A DNA stretch of 64,000 nucleotides from an uncultured Muribaculaceae bacterium (GTDB lineage: Bacteria; Bacteroidota; Bacteroidia; Bacteroidales; Muribaculaceae). Positions 63,031 through 64,000 of the stretch are shown here, piece by piece. How positions within the stretch are numbered: the stretch's first letter is position 1; each line of letters begins with the position of its first letter. Where the stretch lies: the NCBI GenBank assembly GCA_944321705.1, contig CALUMG010000009.1, forward strand, positions 9,418-73,417. The letters are read 5' to 3'. Position numbers and translations under genes: made by a program. The notes below the pieces were generated by a model. The model had not been told where the DNA came from, ran no database searches, and saw only the letters and a program-made list of their open reading frames with translations.

Positions 63031-63115
63031 AATTATATAAAAAATTTAGAACAAAAATAATATTAATTGTTTAATCAACAAGTGCAAAGTTATAGCAGAT
63101 GTTATATTGGTAGAA

Positions 63116-63146
63116 AAAATCTCAGCCCTAATTGAACTGAGATTTT
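63116..63146. terminator. bidirectional terminator after lepA
   Basis: AAAATCTCAG (63116-63125) pairs with CTGAGATTTT (63137-63146), flanked by an A-run and a T-run, 19 nt after the lepA stop. Confidence 0.65.
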
Positions 63147-63164
63147 TTATGATAATCAATGGGA

Positions 63165-64000
63165 TTAATCTAATTTTAGGACTGCAAGGAATGCTTTTTG
63201 AGGGACTTCCACCGAACCTATTTGTTTCATTCTCTTTTTTCCGGCTTTCTGCTTTTCAAGCAATTTGCGTTTTCGGCTCACGTCACCACCATAACATTTT
63301 GCTGTTACATCTTTTCTAACGGCTTTGATAGTTTCACGAGCAATTATTTTTGCCCCAATTGCAGCTTGTATTGCAATTTCAAATTGTTGCCGAGGAATCA
63401 GTTCTTTCAACTTTTCACACATGCGTCGGCCGAAAGTTGCAGCATTGTCAAAGTGGGTCAATGTACTTAAAGCATCCACGGGTTCGCCATTTAACAGGAT
63501 GTCCAATTTTACGAGTTTTGAATTCCTGAAATCGTGGATATGATAATCAAAAGATGCATATCCTTTAGAAATGCTCTTTAATTTATCATAGAAGTCAATG
63601 ACTATTTCGCCAAGAGGCAAGTCAAATGTCAGCTCTATCCTATTACCTGATATGTAATCTTGTTTAACAAGCTCACCCCGCTTGCCTAAGCATAGAGTCA
63701 TAATCGGGCCTATATAGTCGGTTACGGTAATTATGGAAGCTCTAATGTAAGGTTCCTCTATGTGGTCAATTACTGTAGGATCTGGCATTCCGGCCGGATT
63801 ATGTACTTCAGTCATTGTACCTTTTTTATCATATACTTTATATGATACGTTTGGCACAGTGGTGATAACCTCCATGTTGTATTCGCGACTTAAGCGTTCT
63901 TGCACAATCTCCATGTGTAACAATCCCAAAAATCCACAACGAAATCCAAATCCTAATGCTATTGAAGATTCTGGCTGGAATGTCAGTGACGCATCATTAA
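63165..64000 (-). CDS. lepA: elongation factor 4 (LepA), C-terminal part; 5' end lies beyond the window
   Basis: ...[37 protein letters not shown]...[36 protein letters not shown]. The frame stays open to base 64000, so the track's start at 63929 is internal. Confidence 0.95.
   Translation of the reverse strand, partial: NDASLTFQPESSIALGFGFRCGFLGLLHMEIVQERLSREYNMEVITTVPNVSYKVYDKKGTMTEVHNPAGMPDPTVIDHIEEPYIRASIITVTDYIGPIMTLCLGKRGELVKQDYISGNRIELTFDLPLGEIVIDFYDKLKSISKGYASFDYHIHDFRNSKLVKLDILLNGEPVDALSTLTHFDNAATFGRRMCEKLKELIPRQQFEIAIQAAIGAKIIARETIKAVRKDVTAKCYGGDVSRKRKLLEKQKAGKKRMKQIGSVEVPQKAFLAVLKLD

Overview
The window looks like a 64-kb stretch of low-GC Bacteroidota (Bacteroidales-like) chromosome. 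Three things point that way: two secreted proteins carry T9SS C-terminal sorting domains, many genes are preceded by the Bacteroides -7 promoter box TAnnTTTG, and the gene content fits. It is a dense, almost entirely housekeeping region of about 52 CDS. I found no tRNA or rRNA genes, CRISPR arrays, IS elements or prophage genes. Main blocks, left to right: recJ-recQ; an MscS channel; a C11 peptidase lipoprotein; rpsF-rpsR-rplI; a RelA-like RSH; a frameshifted secreted thioredoxin; a large C10 (streptopain-family) T9SS peptidase; ftsK-lolA-trxB-murI; a TPP-riboswitch-controlled thiD-thiS-thiE'-thiE-thiG-thiC-thiH operon; a GltD/NfnB-like oxidoreductase with carA-carB; trmN6; an aromatic amino-acid operon (pheA, aminotransferase, DAHP synthase/chorismate mutase, tyrA); class II RNR nrdJ; malQ; a nucleotidyltransferase with galE; smpB; uvrA; an XRE regulator with pyrK-pyrD; and partial lepA. 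The best non-annotated signal is a 25-codon Phe/Tyr-rich leader ORF with promoter, antiterminator and intrinsic terminator directly upstream of pheA, which is a ribosome-mediated attenuator candidate. Other observations: the thioredoxin frame break falls exactly on a U_UUA_AAG heptamer; an ATTTGCA/TGCAAAT motif array with an 11-bp inverted-repeat pair sits upstream of the XRE gene; a 46-codon hydrophobic mini-ORF lies after lepA; and a 490-bp intergenic region upstream of recJ is unexplained. I see no convincing multi-gene novel system here. Several ORF-track starts were trimmed to internal ATGs where a terminator, promoter box or homolog N-terminus supports that. All coordinates were derived by hand from the printed sequence.
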